Of a stretch of 64,000 nucleotides of DNA, positions 35,716-49,788 are shown piece after piece. Source of the DNA: Podarcis tiliguerta (lineage: Eukaryota); the NCBI GenBank assembly GCA_965153285.1, contig OZ229114.1. One strand, 5' to 3'. Below the pieces are notes generated by a model, which made no database searches, had not been told where the DNA came from, and saw nothing but the letters and a program-made list of their open reading frames with translations. Position 1 is the first letter of the stretch. The number at the start of each line of letters is the position of its first letter. The position numbers were made by a program, and so were the translations under genes.

Positions 35716-37250
35716 GACTGAGTTAGACTAATAAAAATCAGGCCATGATGTGAGATGTATGCTAAATGTCTTTTTCACCTTCTCTTCAAAGATAAGATAG
35801 TGCTGACATGACAAACTTATCTGAAGAGGGACCTGCATACATTTTTACAGCAACAACAGGGTATGGCTCTCATTTGCACACTATTCTGTGATATTTTGGC
35901 ATACCTCTGATGCCCATTATGGATACAGCCCTCTGAGGAAAAGTGATGGAGAAGTCAATCGAAGCACAGTCATAGGCTTTAGCCTATTTAAAATCTCTTG
36001 TGCTTGGCCTCTTCCTTTCTGGTGTTTGGGATGCACTGAAAATATGCCTGGTGGAGACTTGCTCCACTTGTGACTCAGTGAGCTGAACACAGGCCACCAG
36101 AGGCTCAATAAAACTGTCTTTGGCACCTGCCTGGAGCTTCCCTCCCCCCCCCCCCAAAAAAGCATTTTGGTTTTCTCAAACACCTGGCTGGCCCACACAA
36201 CACATGCCTGGTGGGCTGTGTTGACTTAGAGGGTCACAAAATATGTGCATAACGCCCCAAAAACTTAATTTAAAAGAAAATCTCACAATCAATTCATCAG
36301 ATACAGAAAGCACGGCATGTTTCAGCATCTGCCTGCAACAAATAATATAGTGAAAATATACTATATTAACAGAGTGACAATTAATTTGAATAGTGGGGTT
36401 AAATTGGAATTCTGTAGGCTCTGGGCCAAAGCAAGCAGAAGCTTGCCAGACCACAGGCCTGTAGTATTTGATAGATTGTAGGGTGGGATTATTTCATTAA
36501 CTCAGAGAGGAAGCAAAGTATACACTATATCCTGTGGTTTGCTCTGCTTTAGACACAGGGTAAAACTCCAGCTTCGTAGAAAATAAAAGCATGACTCGAG
36601 CAATCCAGCAATCGAAGCATACACTGAAATGAGATACTTTGTAAAGCAGGGCCAATACACACAGGGTGGCAGCAGAATTAACAAGGTGGATAAAATTTAT
36701 GGACCAGGAATTTAGTATGTGAAAGTGTGTCCAGTTACAAGCAAGATAGGCTAAATGGCCTGTATCTGGCTATTACTAACTCTGCTTTCCAAGTTATTGA
36801 CTTGAATAATTTTGTGAACAGTTGATTTTCAAAACTGTGTGGGTTCCCTGACAAGTATTTCTGAGTTTTTTTAAAAAAAGAAATCTGGATAATGAAAACA
36901 GGATATCCTAACACAATTTCTCAGCACTCAGCCCCATTCATCTCAAACAGCACAGTCCATCCCCCCCCATCCTTCTATTAAGTACATGTTAAGTTGGATG
37001 GAGGAGGGGTGGAGTGATGTGGAGCTAACACCTGATGGTGAAACAATCAGATGACCCAGTTCACCGTGCATTTCAGACTTGCCAGTCACCCAGCAAATCC
37101 TCCTGAAGGTTCTAATTATCCCAGTATAGCTTAAATCTGAAAGGACTTAGCAAAGCAGTCACAACAAGGAACAGTAAGCACAAATGCAAATTAAGCCTTG
37201 TTAAGCTAACTAAATGTATGGTGACTAGCATCATGGAAAGGAGAGATATT

Positions 37251-37375
37251 GGAGATATTGCGGGTTTGGTCCCAGACCATCAGAATAAAAGTGAATATTG
37301 CAAGAAAGCGAGTCACACAATATTTTGGTTTCCCAGTGCATATAACTGTTATGTTGATACTGTACTGTATTCAAT
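37251..37375. mobile_element. Tigger1-like (pogo) terminal fragment
   Basis: GGAGATATTGCGGGTTTGGTCCCAGACCA...AAAGCGAGTCACACAATATTTTGGTTTCCCAGTGCATATAA closely resembles the Tigger1 subterminal consensus as recalled. Confidence 0.75.
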
Positions 37376-37647
37376 GAAACCAGTGCCTCCTGGCTGCAGG
37401 GTCAGGAGGAGAAAAACCTGGCTCCAGTCCTACCCACTCCTGTGGCCAGAAGAGGGACAGCGGCAGTTTGCCTAAAAAATTTCACTTGATATTAGATGTA
37501 GTACTGATTTGCCTTTGGTACAGCTACAGATGCAGCTCGATTCCACAAAAATATGGAATCCAGACAAGGATTTGCAGGTCCAGCTATGACAAAATCACTG
37601 TACCAGGTATATTCACAAGAATCTGGAGTTCTCTTACAAATTTAGAG

Positions 37648-37931
37648 CAAGGATGGGGAATATGAGGCCCAGGGGCACTGCAATATGGCACTTGCAACTC
37701 TTCCTGGGCCACACATCCTCCTTAGCTGCATCCCTTTCCATCCTTGCTTTGCACCCTTCTTGAGTGTCTCTGTCTGGCTGGAATATGTCCTTGAACAGTT
37801 CATGTTTCTTGCTTGGAGAACAGCAAGGGGAGTGTGTGTGTGTGTGTGTGTGTGTGTGTTGGCATTTGACCCATGGAAGGTCTCCCAGAAAGGAATGCGG
37901 TTCTCAAGTTGTGGAAGATTCTCCACACCTG
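37648..37931. mobile_element. Old hAT MITE containing (GT)14 at 37832-37859
   Basis: Termini CAAGGATGGGGAA / TTCTCCACACCTG; TSD ATTTAGAG/GTTTAGAG (7/8). Confidence 0.7.
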
Positions 37932-38974
37932 GTTTAGAGACTTCATTGATGCTATAAAGCCATACCACACATGCACAAAGGACTCCTGTGCAGTGGTGAT
38001 GTCATACCCTACAAATAAAGTGCAGCCTACCTTGGCGTTGCCAGAACCTACCATATTATGATAAGTTTGGTGGAGGAACAAGGGGAGGAATTCAATGTTG
38101 CACTCTTCTAATAGATCTGTCAGTGCAAGTATTTCTGCTTGCCGGACAGAACACCCTCCCCCTTTTATACTTGAATGCATTGCTCTGGGGTTCTCCTGGC
38201 CCACCCCCCACCCCCACCCCCAGAGCAACAATCTAAATTTTCCCATTGGCGTCATTCTTTCAAAGAGGAATGTTGAAGATCTAAATATCAATAAGAAGTG
38301 ACAGTGTTTCCCCTATGCAGAGCTTTCTGAGAGCTACGTCTACAGATTATGCCTTCCGCCGTGTCAAATGGTAGAGACAAACAGATACCAGTTTCACAAC
38401 AGATTTGCATTTGCAATTTAAAGCAGGTGGAGAATGTCCTTTGCACCGAAATGTCCTTTATATGATAGTCCAAGGGGAAAATTATTGAGAAATATTTTGT
38501 CTAGTTTAACAACCCATCCTGACCAAAAAATTATGTGTTTTCTCTTTGGAGTTGTTTATCCATTTGCTATATATAGAACAACATTGTATGCTTTAGCTGC
38601 AAGCAAACATCTAACAGAAAGAACTAGTGTATTAAAGGAGGCCATGCCTTAGGAGCTTTAAGAGTGTATTTAGTTTAATCTTACCTTGAATTCAGTTTTA
38701 CTCTAACTATGTTAAAATATTTAATATCATTAGAAGGCACTTTAACTTTATTATACAATGCTTGTATTGTTTAGGGATTGGAATTTTTTTGAGTTTATTT
38801 TTAAAGTGGTCAAGGCTAGTACAATAAATTTGTTGATGATGACCCAATAACCTAGTGCTGCTTATGGCGTGGGGTGGGGGGTGGAGGTATTATTTACAAA
38901 TTTGCCAGCAGAAATCACTTTCCTGCTTTCATTGCTAGAGTAGGAAGAAAAAAGAATGGGAGATCTATTCCAGG

Positions 38975-39215
38975 TAGGGCTGCCATATGTCCGGAATTTC
39001 CCGGACACAGCTGGGATTTGTCCTTCGAAAATGGTGTCCTGGTGGAATTTTCAGAAACTGGTTAAAATGTCCAGGAAAACCCAGGCGTATGGCAGCCCAT
39101 ATTGGAAGTGTTGCATTTTTGGTGAATTTCTGAAAAAACACAAAACCAAAAAAAAGCTTTAAAACTCAGCAACCTTTGAATCCAGATTTTCACTTATTGA
39201 AATATGGCAACCCTA
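38975..39215. mobile_element. hAT (Blackjack-like) MITE
   Basis: TIRs TAGGGCTGCCATAT / TAGGGTTGCCATAT; internal TGTCC(G/A)G motifs; lies 120 nt downstream of exon 39335-39361. Confidence 0.8.
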
Positions 39216-39334
39216 GTTCCATTTTGAATTGAAGACTCCACAAACCCGCCCTGCCAGTCTTGCCCTTTTACAAGCTTGAAAGTCTCCAGCCTCAACCCAG
39301 CATATTGCACAGAAATAGATTAAAGTCTTATTAC

Positions 39335-39361
39335 CACTTCTCCCTTCTGTCCAGGTTGCCC
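39335..39361 (-). CDS. COL13A1: COL13A1 exon, 27 nt, GQPGQKGEV (COL1)
   Basis: tttcag|GGG...GTG|gtaata; human GHPGPKGDM. Confidence 0.9.
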
Positions 39362-39509
39362 CTGAAATGGAAAGGAAGACTGCATCAGGGGTGGCCATTC
39401 TAGTTACTAGGACATTTTGAAGCCTCAGACTTCTGCGATTGTCATTACTGTTTAGTCATGCGTTCTCCTGTTGCTTTCCTACAGCAATGGTTTTCTCATG
39501 GTTTGAACA

Positions 39510-39710
39510 TCTAAAGCCCTAAGTGGTTTGGGATCATGTTATCTGAAGGGCTGCCTGCAAGCGGATAAGCCTGCCAAAGCATTGAAATGAAAGCTGTGAC
39601 CCTGCTCTCTTAACTGGCTAGCAAGAGCCATTAGGCTGGCAGGTAGCAGGAACAGGGCTTTCTTAAATGCAGCCCCACACATTTGGAACTCACTCCTCAC
39701 AGAGATACAT
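39510..39710 (+). mobile_element. Degenerate L2-type LINE ORF2 3' fragment
   Basis: AAAGCCCTAAGTGGTTTGGGA...AGGGCTTTC...GCAGCCCC...TGGAACTCACTCC (KAL.GLG...RAF...AP..WNSL motif). Confidence 0.6.
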
Positions 39711-40285
39711 ACAGATGGCCTCTTGCAGTAGGGTCCAAATTTCGGGCAGAGCAGCCTTCCTGAAACTGGTTCCTACACAGCCCTGACCTTTCAGCCACTG
39801 TGCCCCTGCAGCAATGCAAATGTTGGGAGGATGGCTCTACCTCACCACAATGGCCACTACTAGCCTCATCGCTACTGGTCTTTAAAAGAATTTCTGAATA
39901 TATATTTATTCAGGTCTAGTTTTGGCTGAATTGTGATGTGGGTTCATGTCTTGTAAGTGTATTTTCCCCCATGTGTCCTGAAAATTGGGTTTTAAAGCTT
40001 TCAAAATTTAAACAAACACACACATAAAAATAGAAACACTGGTGTATGATAGGTGGATTTTTAAAAAGTCTCCAACTATATAAGTTACATTTCTAACAAG
40101 TTTAATTTCTAAGACGTGTCTTTTGGTAGTCTGCATACCAGCACCACTTCGCATATATGGATTTGCCCAGAATTATTGAAACAAATGATTTAGAGATAAA
40201 CATTTTGAAAGTGTTATTGACAGAAAGCTGCTGACTAGGAGTATGAGCAAGAACAAGAGTCAGGGGAGGGGAAATATTCACTTAC

Positions 40286-40312
40286 TGGTTTGCCGTCTAA
40301 ACCAATCTGACC
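40286..40312 (-). CDS. COL13A1: COL13A1 exon, 27 nt, GQIGLDGKP (COL1)
   Basis: tttcag|GGT...CCA|gtaagt; human GPIGLDGKP. Confidence 0.94.
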
Positions 40313-40854
40313 CTGAAATTAAGACAAAAGAAAGGAGGTGAGCAGTTGACTTTTTGTGTAATTCTATACAGGTCTACTCAGAAGCAAGCCCCACTGGGTT
40401 CAATGGGGCTTTCTCCCAAGAAAGTATGTAGCAATGAAGTCTAAAACAGGCAGATATTCTGTGTTCATAGCCCGTATATACAGCCCACATGACTGTATAC
40501 CTGACAGGTCGTGGACAGAAAACACAAGGGAGTCTAGTGACTGAAAAAGCATTGCAACAGATCTAGAAATTAGTTCAAATCACAACACATATTTATAGTT
40601 TTATGTTACAGTTTTTGCTTTAATGACTCTGGAAGGAAAATATAGGAGATCTCTCTACTTGCAATTTTTTTAAACAATAAATACATTTTTAAAGAAATCA
40701 AAGCACTGAATGAAATAGCAATGTCTTTTCTGTGACACAATCCCCAGCCATCCATTTTTAGAACAGATGCGTCAAGAGGTATTTAGTTTAAGGGATGCTG
40801 CACTTAGAAATATATCATTCATACATACCAGTATGCATTAGCAGTGCCACTTAC

Positions 40855-40890
40855 CGGAAACCCAGGAAAACCTCTTGTTCCAGGCTGTCC
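40855..40890 (-). CDS. COL13A1: COL13A1 exon, 36 nt, GQPGTRGFPGFP (COL1)
   Basis: attcag|GGA...CCG|gtaagt; identical to the recalled human peptide. Confidence 0.95.
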
Positions 40891-42770
40891 CTGAATAGAA
40901 TGAAGTGGAAAAAGAGATTAGAAGAAACAGATGAGACAGCAACATGTGTGACTAAATCACTCCATCAGGCCTTGTGATTTCCTGCTCTCCATCATTTGCC
41001 AGATGAAAATATGTACACTTGTTTTACATGACCTGAGGGATTAGCGCTTGACTGCAGAGAAGTAGTACAAAATGAAGCCATTTCTGTGGTGTCTGGAAGC
41101 TACCGCAAGTCACTAAATAATATTGGACTCTCTAATCTCAAGTTGCACATTTCTCCACCACTCAGAAAATGCTTATGTTGATGCTCAGCCACCACAAATC
41201 TTTAAATGTTTCAGTACCCTTTTAAGTGTAGTCCCCAATACCTTTATTTTCTCCCCAAAATTACAAGTCTTAGACCTTTAAACATATTGCTAATGCGGCT
41301 TCTGTTCCTTCTGCATTTGCTCCCACACTGTTCTGGGCACAAGGAAAGACTTCCATCCATGTGGTTCAGCTTGACTGAGGATATATTTATAAGCTATGCA
41401 AATGATAGGTCTTCTATGGGCTGGGCATTGCTTATGTGTCCTGCAAACACACCATGAGGCCAAACCATGTGGGCAACCTATTCCTGAATCAGTGTGGAAA
41501 GAACTGCAGAACCTGGAGCAAACACACCAGGAAGGATGATATGTGCAAATAAGGTCTTGGGCCCAAAGGAAATAAGCAGATGCACAATGCCCAGCCACTT
41601 GGAATCCCAACTACATGAAGATCGCTCCATGTGACAAAGTGCTGATGTGAAGCTCCTCACCACATGGATTCAACACTTACTATGCTGATTCCACCACATC
41701 ATTGTAAACCATGAAACAAAGCAAACTGCTGAGCATGCTCAGCAATTCTTGAGAACTGACTTTGGCTTTTAAAGATTGTCGAGCTTCTGCAAACTTTGGT
41801 CTTCCCATAAGAAGGCTGACAAGTCCTTCTTGCTTCTTGGTGGGTCCATTTTGGCTCCAATCCTGTCAGTGCTTACCACCTGAGCTCACTATTAGAAGGA
41901 GGGATGCTAAGAGAAACCTGTGCAAGGTTATCTCAAGGAACCTGTTATTCTACTCCCAAACAGATACAATTATAACTGCTGGAGGATATAACACAAATAA
42001 CCGGTGTTGAGGAAATTAAAAGGAAAGCAGTTCTGTGGAAGAGACTATGTAATTTCCAATTTCCCTTCAATTGTTCTTCAGCTATAGCCACTCAGGCTGG
42101 TTTCACATGAATGATGGGAAATAAAGAGGCCCAGCAGCATTACAGAAGGGTTCGTTTTGAATTCCAGACAGTTTGTCTGAAGTTTCTGAATCAATTACAT
42201 GTGTGTTATAAATTCAAGCTTGCTCACCAGTCCTTTTGGTGCAGTTTGCAGTGCCTGGGATCACTTTATAGGAATACTTTATATAACCGCATCACAGTGC
42301 CATAAAATGAGGCATTTAATGGTGGTCAATCAGCTGTGAGATGTATACTGAGCCTCAAAGATGATGGTGGTCTTGATCACTCAAGCCCAGTTGTCTGGCT
42401 TTCATATCTCCTCATTCATTTTACCCATAAGGAAAATGTTGAAGCAAATATGGTTGCCAGAACAGTCCTAAGCAAGGGTGGTATGCAATGCCAACAGGAG
42501 ATGGAGCAACATCCTGTGCCTGTTCCCAGAAGTCCCTTTCTGGTTGTTCTGTGTATTTCAACTGTACCTAGTTTGTGCTTTCACTGTGTAGCTAATTTTA
42601 AGGTTTACTTGCTAAGGGTGCCTGGAAACAATGTTGCCTATCTTTACTTGTCTGATCTGACAATTTTGAAAGTATATATTGGATTTCGAATTTCTGATAA
42701 ACATCAGTGCTTGGAGACATGTCACAACTCATGAATGGCTAAAATGCTTCTAACACATGTGTTGAAAAAT

Positions 42771-42772
<2 letters not shown>

Positions 42773-42801
<29 letters not shown>
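42773..42801. repeat. (AG)n microsatellite
   Basis: Seen directly. Confidence 0.93.
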
Positions 42802-42805
<4 letters not shown>

Positions 42806-44299
42806 AATGTACATCATATATAAGTGTTCTTTCACTGGACTTGCTCATATTGTTATAAGCATACTCTTCAATAATACAAAATGGTTCATACTTTGGGTGT
42901 GTATAGTCTGGAACTTGATTTCTAGTGGCTGATACAAGCCACTGCACAAGTATGTGTGCCATGAACAGTTGTTTCATGCGCTGGCTTACTGCTTTTTTGT
43001 TTTAATTGATATTGTGGGTTTGTTGGTTTTAAAAAATTGTGATGTGGTTTTACGGCCATGTTTGCATGCAACACTAAAGTATGGTTGGGCATTACATGCA
43101 CAAGCATCAGGCTTGCAGACTCCCCCCCCCCCCCCAATAATAGCCATGAGGATACTACAGGCATCTGCTTTCACTTTTAAACTAATTAGAACTAATAGTT
43201 TTAAACTATGGTTTGTTAATCAGCCATATCACAAACCCTGGTTTGAACCTGGTTTGTTTGAACTAACCATAGGAGAAACAGGGGAGGGAAAATGTAAGCC
43301 CAAATTCATGTACAGCACACCAAACACTAAACCATTGTTTAGGTCCATTATGTTGTAAATCACTAAGTTCGTAAGCCCACACTAAGAAGGCAGGACATGG
43401 ATGTAACCGAACAAATAAAAAATAACATCCTATCTTCTCACTCTCTATATAACACATACATCTATTATAAACACTGCAAGCCTCCAGTTTTCTCTCTTCC
43501 ACAAGGAAACTGACCCTCTAAAACTTCCCCTGGGACTTCCTAATACTCAGGGAAATGGAGACACCCTTCTTTGTCTAACAGACAAAGAATAGTTACATGC
43601 TATTGTTCCACAATCTGATCCAAAGAAACATTCTGTGCTTAGTTACAAGTTTACTCATGTGTGTAAATTGTTTATATAAGCAATTGCTTACATTTACCTC
43701 AATTGTTGAACAAAACAAAACAAAATGGGGAAAATATTATAAACTCTTATAGCAGATTTAAGATTGAGAAGAGTCCAGATAAAGGTGCTGAAATTCTCAA
43801 ATCAACCTCTTTCCATTTAATACTTAGCACAATCTAAGACAGGCACAGGTAGACAGGCGCAGGTCTGCAGGATCTAATTGCGTTTGCACTAGAATTGCAA
43901 GCTCTACCAACCAAACCCAGGTGCAAAATAGTAGCAGGAGGAGGAGCCAGATGGCAAGCAGTAGCTCATATGCTAGAGATAATTACTTACTACATAGGTT
44001 ATACACTAGGATTACTTGTACAAAAATAAAAATATGCATCCAAGTTCCTTTTGATCAGGGATTCTAATAGCCTAATTTAGAAAGTGGGGAAGCCTTTTTG
44101 CTGTTGCCAGTGGAAGTCTGAAACCCTATTATACACAATAAACTGTAGCAAATCTGCTGCTGCATTACAGTCATTTTAGAAGTAAAAGTAGCCTTAGGGT
44201 TTCACAGTTACTCTGTAAGGCAATTGTTTCCAACCATTTTCTCTTGAGACATTTGCTTGTATACCATGGAACCTCTGCTTGTTAGTGGAACGTCCCAAG

Positions 44300-44730
44300 T
44301 AGGGATTGTGGGGGAGGGGGGATTCAGTTCAGTTCACATGTATAGGCAAATCCTTCAGTTTCACACTTTCCAAACCGGATGAGAATTGAAATAAAGTCAT
44401 CTTTCAAAATTCATACTTAACTGAACTTTGCAAATCAGTTCTCCAATCAATGTGTACAAAAGATACAGTATATTAGGGGAAAGTGTTTATATATAGTGAG
44501 AACAACCAAAAGTGCATTATGTTAGGGGAAACTGCTTGTAAAATATGCACATTAGTTAAACTGCATACAGAAGTGTGTCTATTAGCAGAAATTCCCACTA
44601 AAATACTGAAGAATTTTCACAGGGATTTTATTTTTTCAATTCACAAATTGCTGCAGAAATATAGAGAACTGAATTTAAGAATGGAAAAATGAGAAACAGA
44701 AAGAACTGAAATTAGCAGATCCTTCTATTC
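44300..44730 (+). mobile_element. Second copy of the TAGGGATG-TIR hAT family
   Basis: Collinear similarity to 34762-35176. Confidence 0.65.
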
Positions 44731-45263
44731 AATCAATCAATCAATTACGGTCCAGAAACCCAACAAATCATTACAAATCAATACACAATTCATACAGCCT
44801 ACCTCCAGGTTAATGAAGCATTTTGTTTAGAATATAGATCCTTCTATTTAATTCCAGGGCATTTTGTAGAAATGTCATTCAGTTCATGTGCAGCACTCAT
44901 TGGATCCTGTTGTTTCCCCATTTTAACGAAACCTAGAATACATCCACCCACCCTGTACCTGGGAACATTCCTGGTATTAGTGGGCAAGCTGTTTTTTGGA
45001 GAAGTTTGCCTGCCCTTACTGAATGTTTCATTGAAGAATCTTTAATAAGCTTCCATGGAACCCTAGAATTACCAAGTGCATGCTTTGAAAACCATTGCTT
45101 TTTGACATACACCCCCCCCCTTTCATATTACAAAAGGGCTTTCACAAGCCAGAGAATGAAGACCAAAATCGTCTCAGAAATTCCTTGGAGAACTACTGTG
45201 GCTATAAAGTGCCTTAAATTGCTCCAAACAGTGCTTTTTTTAAATGCTGGTGTGACGGGTGTA

Positions 45264-45625
45264 AAGGTAAAGGTACCCCTGCCCGTACGGGCCAGTCGTG
45301 TCCGACTCTAGGGTTGTGCACCCATCTCACTTAAGAGGCCAAGGGCCAGCGCTGTCCGGAGACACTTCCAGGTCACGTGGCCAGCGTGATGAAGCTGCTC
45401 TGGCAAGCCAGCACCAGCGTAGCAAACGGAAACGCTGTTTACCTTCCCGCTATAAAGCGGTACCTATTTATCTACTTGCACTTAGGAGTGCTTTCGAACT
45501 GCTAGGTGGGCAGGAGCTGGGACCGAAAGACGGGAGCTCACCCCACCGCGGGGATTCAAACCGCTGACCATGCGATTGGCAAGTCCTAGGCCCTGAGGTT
45601 TTACCCACAGCGCCACCCGCGTCCC
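45264..45625 (-). mobile_element. Full-length Sauria SINE (different subfamily from the 5395 copy)
   Basis: Reverse complement begins GGGACGCGGGTGGCGCTGTGGGT and ends (ACCTTT)2; perfect 12-bp TSD GTGACGGGTGTA at 45252-63 and 45626-37. Confidence 0.93.
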
Positions 45626-48600
45626 GTGACGGGTGTAGACTTGCTTAAAAAATATTAAGCTTTGTGAGGTTGCATTTGGTCATATTGACTTTGGCAGAAT
45701 ATATAAAACCACCTGGAGCCACTGGCTAAGGACCAAGGGGGGATGATCTGCTATAAATTCCATGGCCTGTCCACTCCGTAGCTTTCCAAAACAACAAGAA
45801 AGGAGAGGATCTCACTAATAGATCTCTGCATGTAGATTGTCTCTGAATGTTGATGGACAAGAAAGTGCTGAGAAAAGAATAGTTAGAGGAAAGCCGGAAA
45901 GGGTGCAACTTGGCCTCTGCTACCTTCCTTGTAAACTGCTACGCTGCTCCTTTCGACTCTTTAGGCTGGAGACAATAAAAGGCCAGAGCAAAAGTTCAAG
46001 CACTAGAGATTCCAAGAAGCATGGAGCTTTCTCTTCCTCAAATGTTGTTTGTATCAAGTTCTCAAGAATAGAACTCTGGGAACTGCCAAGTCGTGGAACG
46101 CGTCTGTTTCTGCCATGCTCAGCACGATGCTTTGCTCAAGCCAGCAAACCCAAGTAATGTTAAGCAGCTGAAAAGCTCTGGATGTGCAACTGCTCACATC
46201 ATCTCGCCTCCAAAAGACAGTCTGGAAACTATTTGTCATCTCACATCTGTCTAAAGCATGCTGTTATTCCAGAGTACTCCTGTGTTTCTTTGCTATCAAG
46301 GTGCTCCTTAGCGCTTATCACCAGGTCACCATAAAACTAAATCATCTTTGCAATTGATTTGGAGAAGGAGATGGAGAAAAAGCATTTTCCCCTGTACTGA
46401 TGATTATGGCAGGCAACAATTCACTTCAAGCATAATACGTGCCTTATTAAAGCCACAGTCCTGAAATTATTTCCTCTCAAGTAGTTTCACTCTAATAAAG
46501 CTTAGGTAAATGCTCTCCAGTGAGGAGTCTCAAGGCAAAATCAACATGCCTTTTCATTTTTGTAAAACTGGCCCTCAAAGATGGGTTGGAAACGCAGGTT
46601 GCAGGAGTCTTGTGGGCAAATTGCCAGGTTATCAGTGAGAGGGTGTTGTGGACAGTATGATTTCATTTCCTGGTTAGAAGCTGAAATTGCTAGATTCATC
46701 ATGCACAAAGACAATGTTCTGCTGTGCAATTGCCTCTTTTATATCACTCTAGCCTTCTTAAAACTTTCAGCTCCCAACACTTCTGTGTCTGCACTTTTCT
46801 TTCCTGCCTCTCTTATCCTTGAAATGCAAATCCTGGCAGCAAAATAATTTTACTCCCAAAAGAAAGTATGCTAAGGGACAGGATGAATCAGTACCAAACC
46901 TACTCTATAATTATACAGATGCAGGTTGCACCATCACTCATAATTCAAAGTTGTAATTTGCCTTCTCCGGCCAAAGCTGCAGCACAATGTGGGCTGCTCA
47001 TTAATGCAAAACTGAGGGAAAGTATCCATCCCCTTTCACACATTGTGCTTATGATATTCATTACTGTTTGCAGAAGAACAGTGTTGAGTCAGAAAAAGCC
47101 GAGTCATAGCCATTCTGTATAAAATCAACATGAGGAGGAGATTCATGCGCACTAGCCCTGGGCCTGCCTTTCATACGTTTCCCTGGCCTTGCGCATGGAC
47201 TATGCGCACACATGCTGAACACTTTATGTTCTGAATGCGGAATCTGTATCCTGCTGTGGGACACACTTTGAGGCTCAGGGATGGGGTCATGAAGTGCAAT
47301 CCTGCTTCCTCTTGCGTGTAACGTTTGTATCCAGAGCGGCAGTGTGAAAAGGGCATATAACATTCTGTTAGCGTGTGGAGCAGTTTTCAGCTTAGTCATG
47401 CAATGGAGAAAAATCACAGGACACAGTCCAACACAGAGATAAATGCACTTAAACCATTGGTTTTAGTAGCCTGAGCATACCTAACTCTGTGCTAGATTGT
47501 GGCCACTGACTATTATGGCAACATATGAACACTATAGACTAGAAGGCAGTAAAAAGAGAGAAACTTGGCAACTTTATGTTTTCAGTCAGAAAATAAAATG
47601 GGCTGAAACACATAAAAATGCAACATAAAACAAATAAGCACCTCAGGGATTCCCCCCCCCCCCAGTTTGTCTCCTGGTTTTACCTACATCTGCAAGCCCA
47701 AGCATAAATAATGCAATCTCCCAAAGATACTAACTTTTAGATATAAATTATATGAAGCTGCCTTGTACTGAGACAGGCCATCTGTCACAGGATTGCCTAA
47801 TCTGATTGGCAGTGACTATTCAAGGCCTCAGTCACAAATCTCTTCCACCCTAGCTGGCATTATTTAACTGGAAGTGACAGGGGTTAGGCCTGGCAACCTC
47901 TACCAGTGCATGCCTCTCTCTCTTGTAGTCAACTAACAGGACATCCCATTCTGTTTTCACTAAAGTGGACAGTAGTTTTGTGGCAAGACCTCCCTGAGAA
48001 ATTCTGCTGGTCTTATCAACAAACTTTCCACATCTCTCTGAATTCCACAGATGTTTTGCCTGAGAAGAAACCCAACAAAACCTCTTAGAAGTTTACCATA
48101 AATAAAATCTTGAAGCACCACCAATTCATTTCTTATAGTGTTGAATGCTGCTAATATGGTTCACCTTGGGTTGGTGAAGAAGAGCCCTCTCTGGGTCCTT
48201 TTTAAAGCATTCAGGTGAAGCAATACCTATTGTTTAGTATATGCACATAAAAATCTGGGGCAAAATAGCAACACACGCCTCCTGCCAAGTCAAGGTATAG
48301 CAAACCTAAGGGTGTTCAAGTTGTTTTGGCACCCGAGGCAGAAAAATCCCACAAGCACCTTTCTTGGGGAATAAAAATGCAACAGGAATAAATTTTACTA
48401 TTTACTCAATTTTACTCATAGAACCTATAAAATCAGGTGCTTGAGGTAACCAATTCACTCCGCCTAGTAATAGGGCTAGCCCTGCTAAAAGCTCTGCAGC
48501 AATAATCAAACAAACAATATTTTGACAAAATTCTTTTGTCCCCTGCAACTTGGCTGTTGTCCACCTGCAGAAAGTAGGTGGCCATGGTCCTTTCTTTTGG

Positions 48601-49221
48601 AGACACTTGTCAGCAGACCTTCAGTCGTGAAGTCAGATGTAGCAAACAGCCTAAGCTAGTAAGTCCTCTGTAGTAGACCAGAAACTTCTGCTGTGAAAGT
48701 TCCTTACTTCCTTCAGCTACACTCTCGGTGAAGAGTCTTGCTCCTTGCAAAGTTTTTTTTTTTGGGGGGGGGGGAATACCACCACAAATTTTCTGGGAAA
48801 CAATGTCAAATTTCTTTCTAGCGCATTGCCCCAGAAATCAGTGACCAGCTGGTATTATCTGAAGGCAATACTATTTTTATTTTTTTTGCTAAAAAACAAG
48901 GGTGTATAATATGCTTTCTGTTACTGGCTTTTCCCTTTAGGCCAGAAAATATTTCCTTTACTTTTAAACACAGGAGGGAAAACCACTGGTACGGCCAGTT
49001 TGAGCTTTTGTGCTGAGACTGATGTACTTTCTAACCAATATATATAGTCTGTAATTTCAATATAAAAACAAATCTGGCCAGGGATGTAAACCACATCATT
49101 TAGAGTTACAGGCCCTTTGAGCTGACTAGTGGCATTTTCCCACTCCCTGTATTTTTTGGGCAACTCATCCATATCCTTTAAAAATTAAAGTAGAAGAAAA
49201 AAAACAGAGAAGGCAACTTAC

Positions 49222-49272
49222 TGGTGGGCCACGGGGACCGATGATGGATATGCCGGCTTCTCCTGGGGCTCC
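49222..49272 (-). CDS. COL13A1: COL13A1 exon, 51 nt, GAPGEAGISIIGPRGPP (COL1)
   Basis: ttgcag|GGA...CCA|gtaagt; human GSPGDAGLSIIGPRGPP. Confidence 0.95.
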
Positions 49273-49788
49273 CTGCAAGGGATGGGAGGAGGAGGAGAGG
49301 GAGAACATGGACGTGAAAATCAAAACCAAAACAAGACTGGGAAATGGCTTAGAGTTGGCTGTTGAAGAAAAAGAAGGAAGGGAAGTATTTGAGAGTGGGG
49401 GGGAAATACACGAATGTAAGTGACAAAGCCAAAGCGAATATTTAAAGTTAAAGATTCAAATGAACAACAACTGAGGGCTGAAAGGAAAGCGTGGCCAAGG
49501 AAATAACGAGGAGGAAAAAGGAAAGTTTACAAAAGAGATTAAAAGGAACAATACATCTGCACACTCTTGAGAAAAAAAATGATCAAAAGCAGGTTTCTTC
49601 CAGTTAAAACAGCAGGTCCCTTGGCCTTTTCCAAACAAGACGGGGAGCCATTTTGAACCTATTCTGAAATCAGATCAAAGCATCATTCGCGGCTCCTTGT
49701 GGATGGAAAGTATAATCTCACTATGTAGAGATTCTGACTCTCCTCTCTTGTGCCAGAGTTGTCTCACTTCTAGTTATCATTATATTTA

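Noticed and set aside
38031-38047. 17-nt microexon-like block (tag|GTTCTGGCAACGCCAAG|gtaggc)
   Set aside because: Frameshifting and has a weak acceptor context.
47146-47209. Three TGCGCA palindromes, two matching the metal-response element TGCRCNC
   Set aside because: Probably lies within an old MITE remnant; short motifs alone are insufficient.
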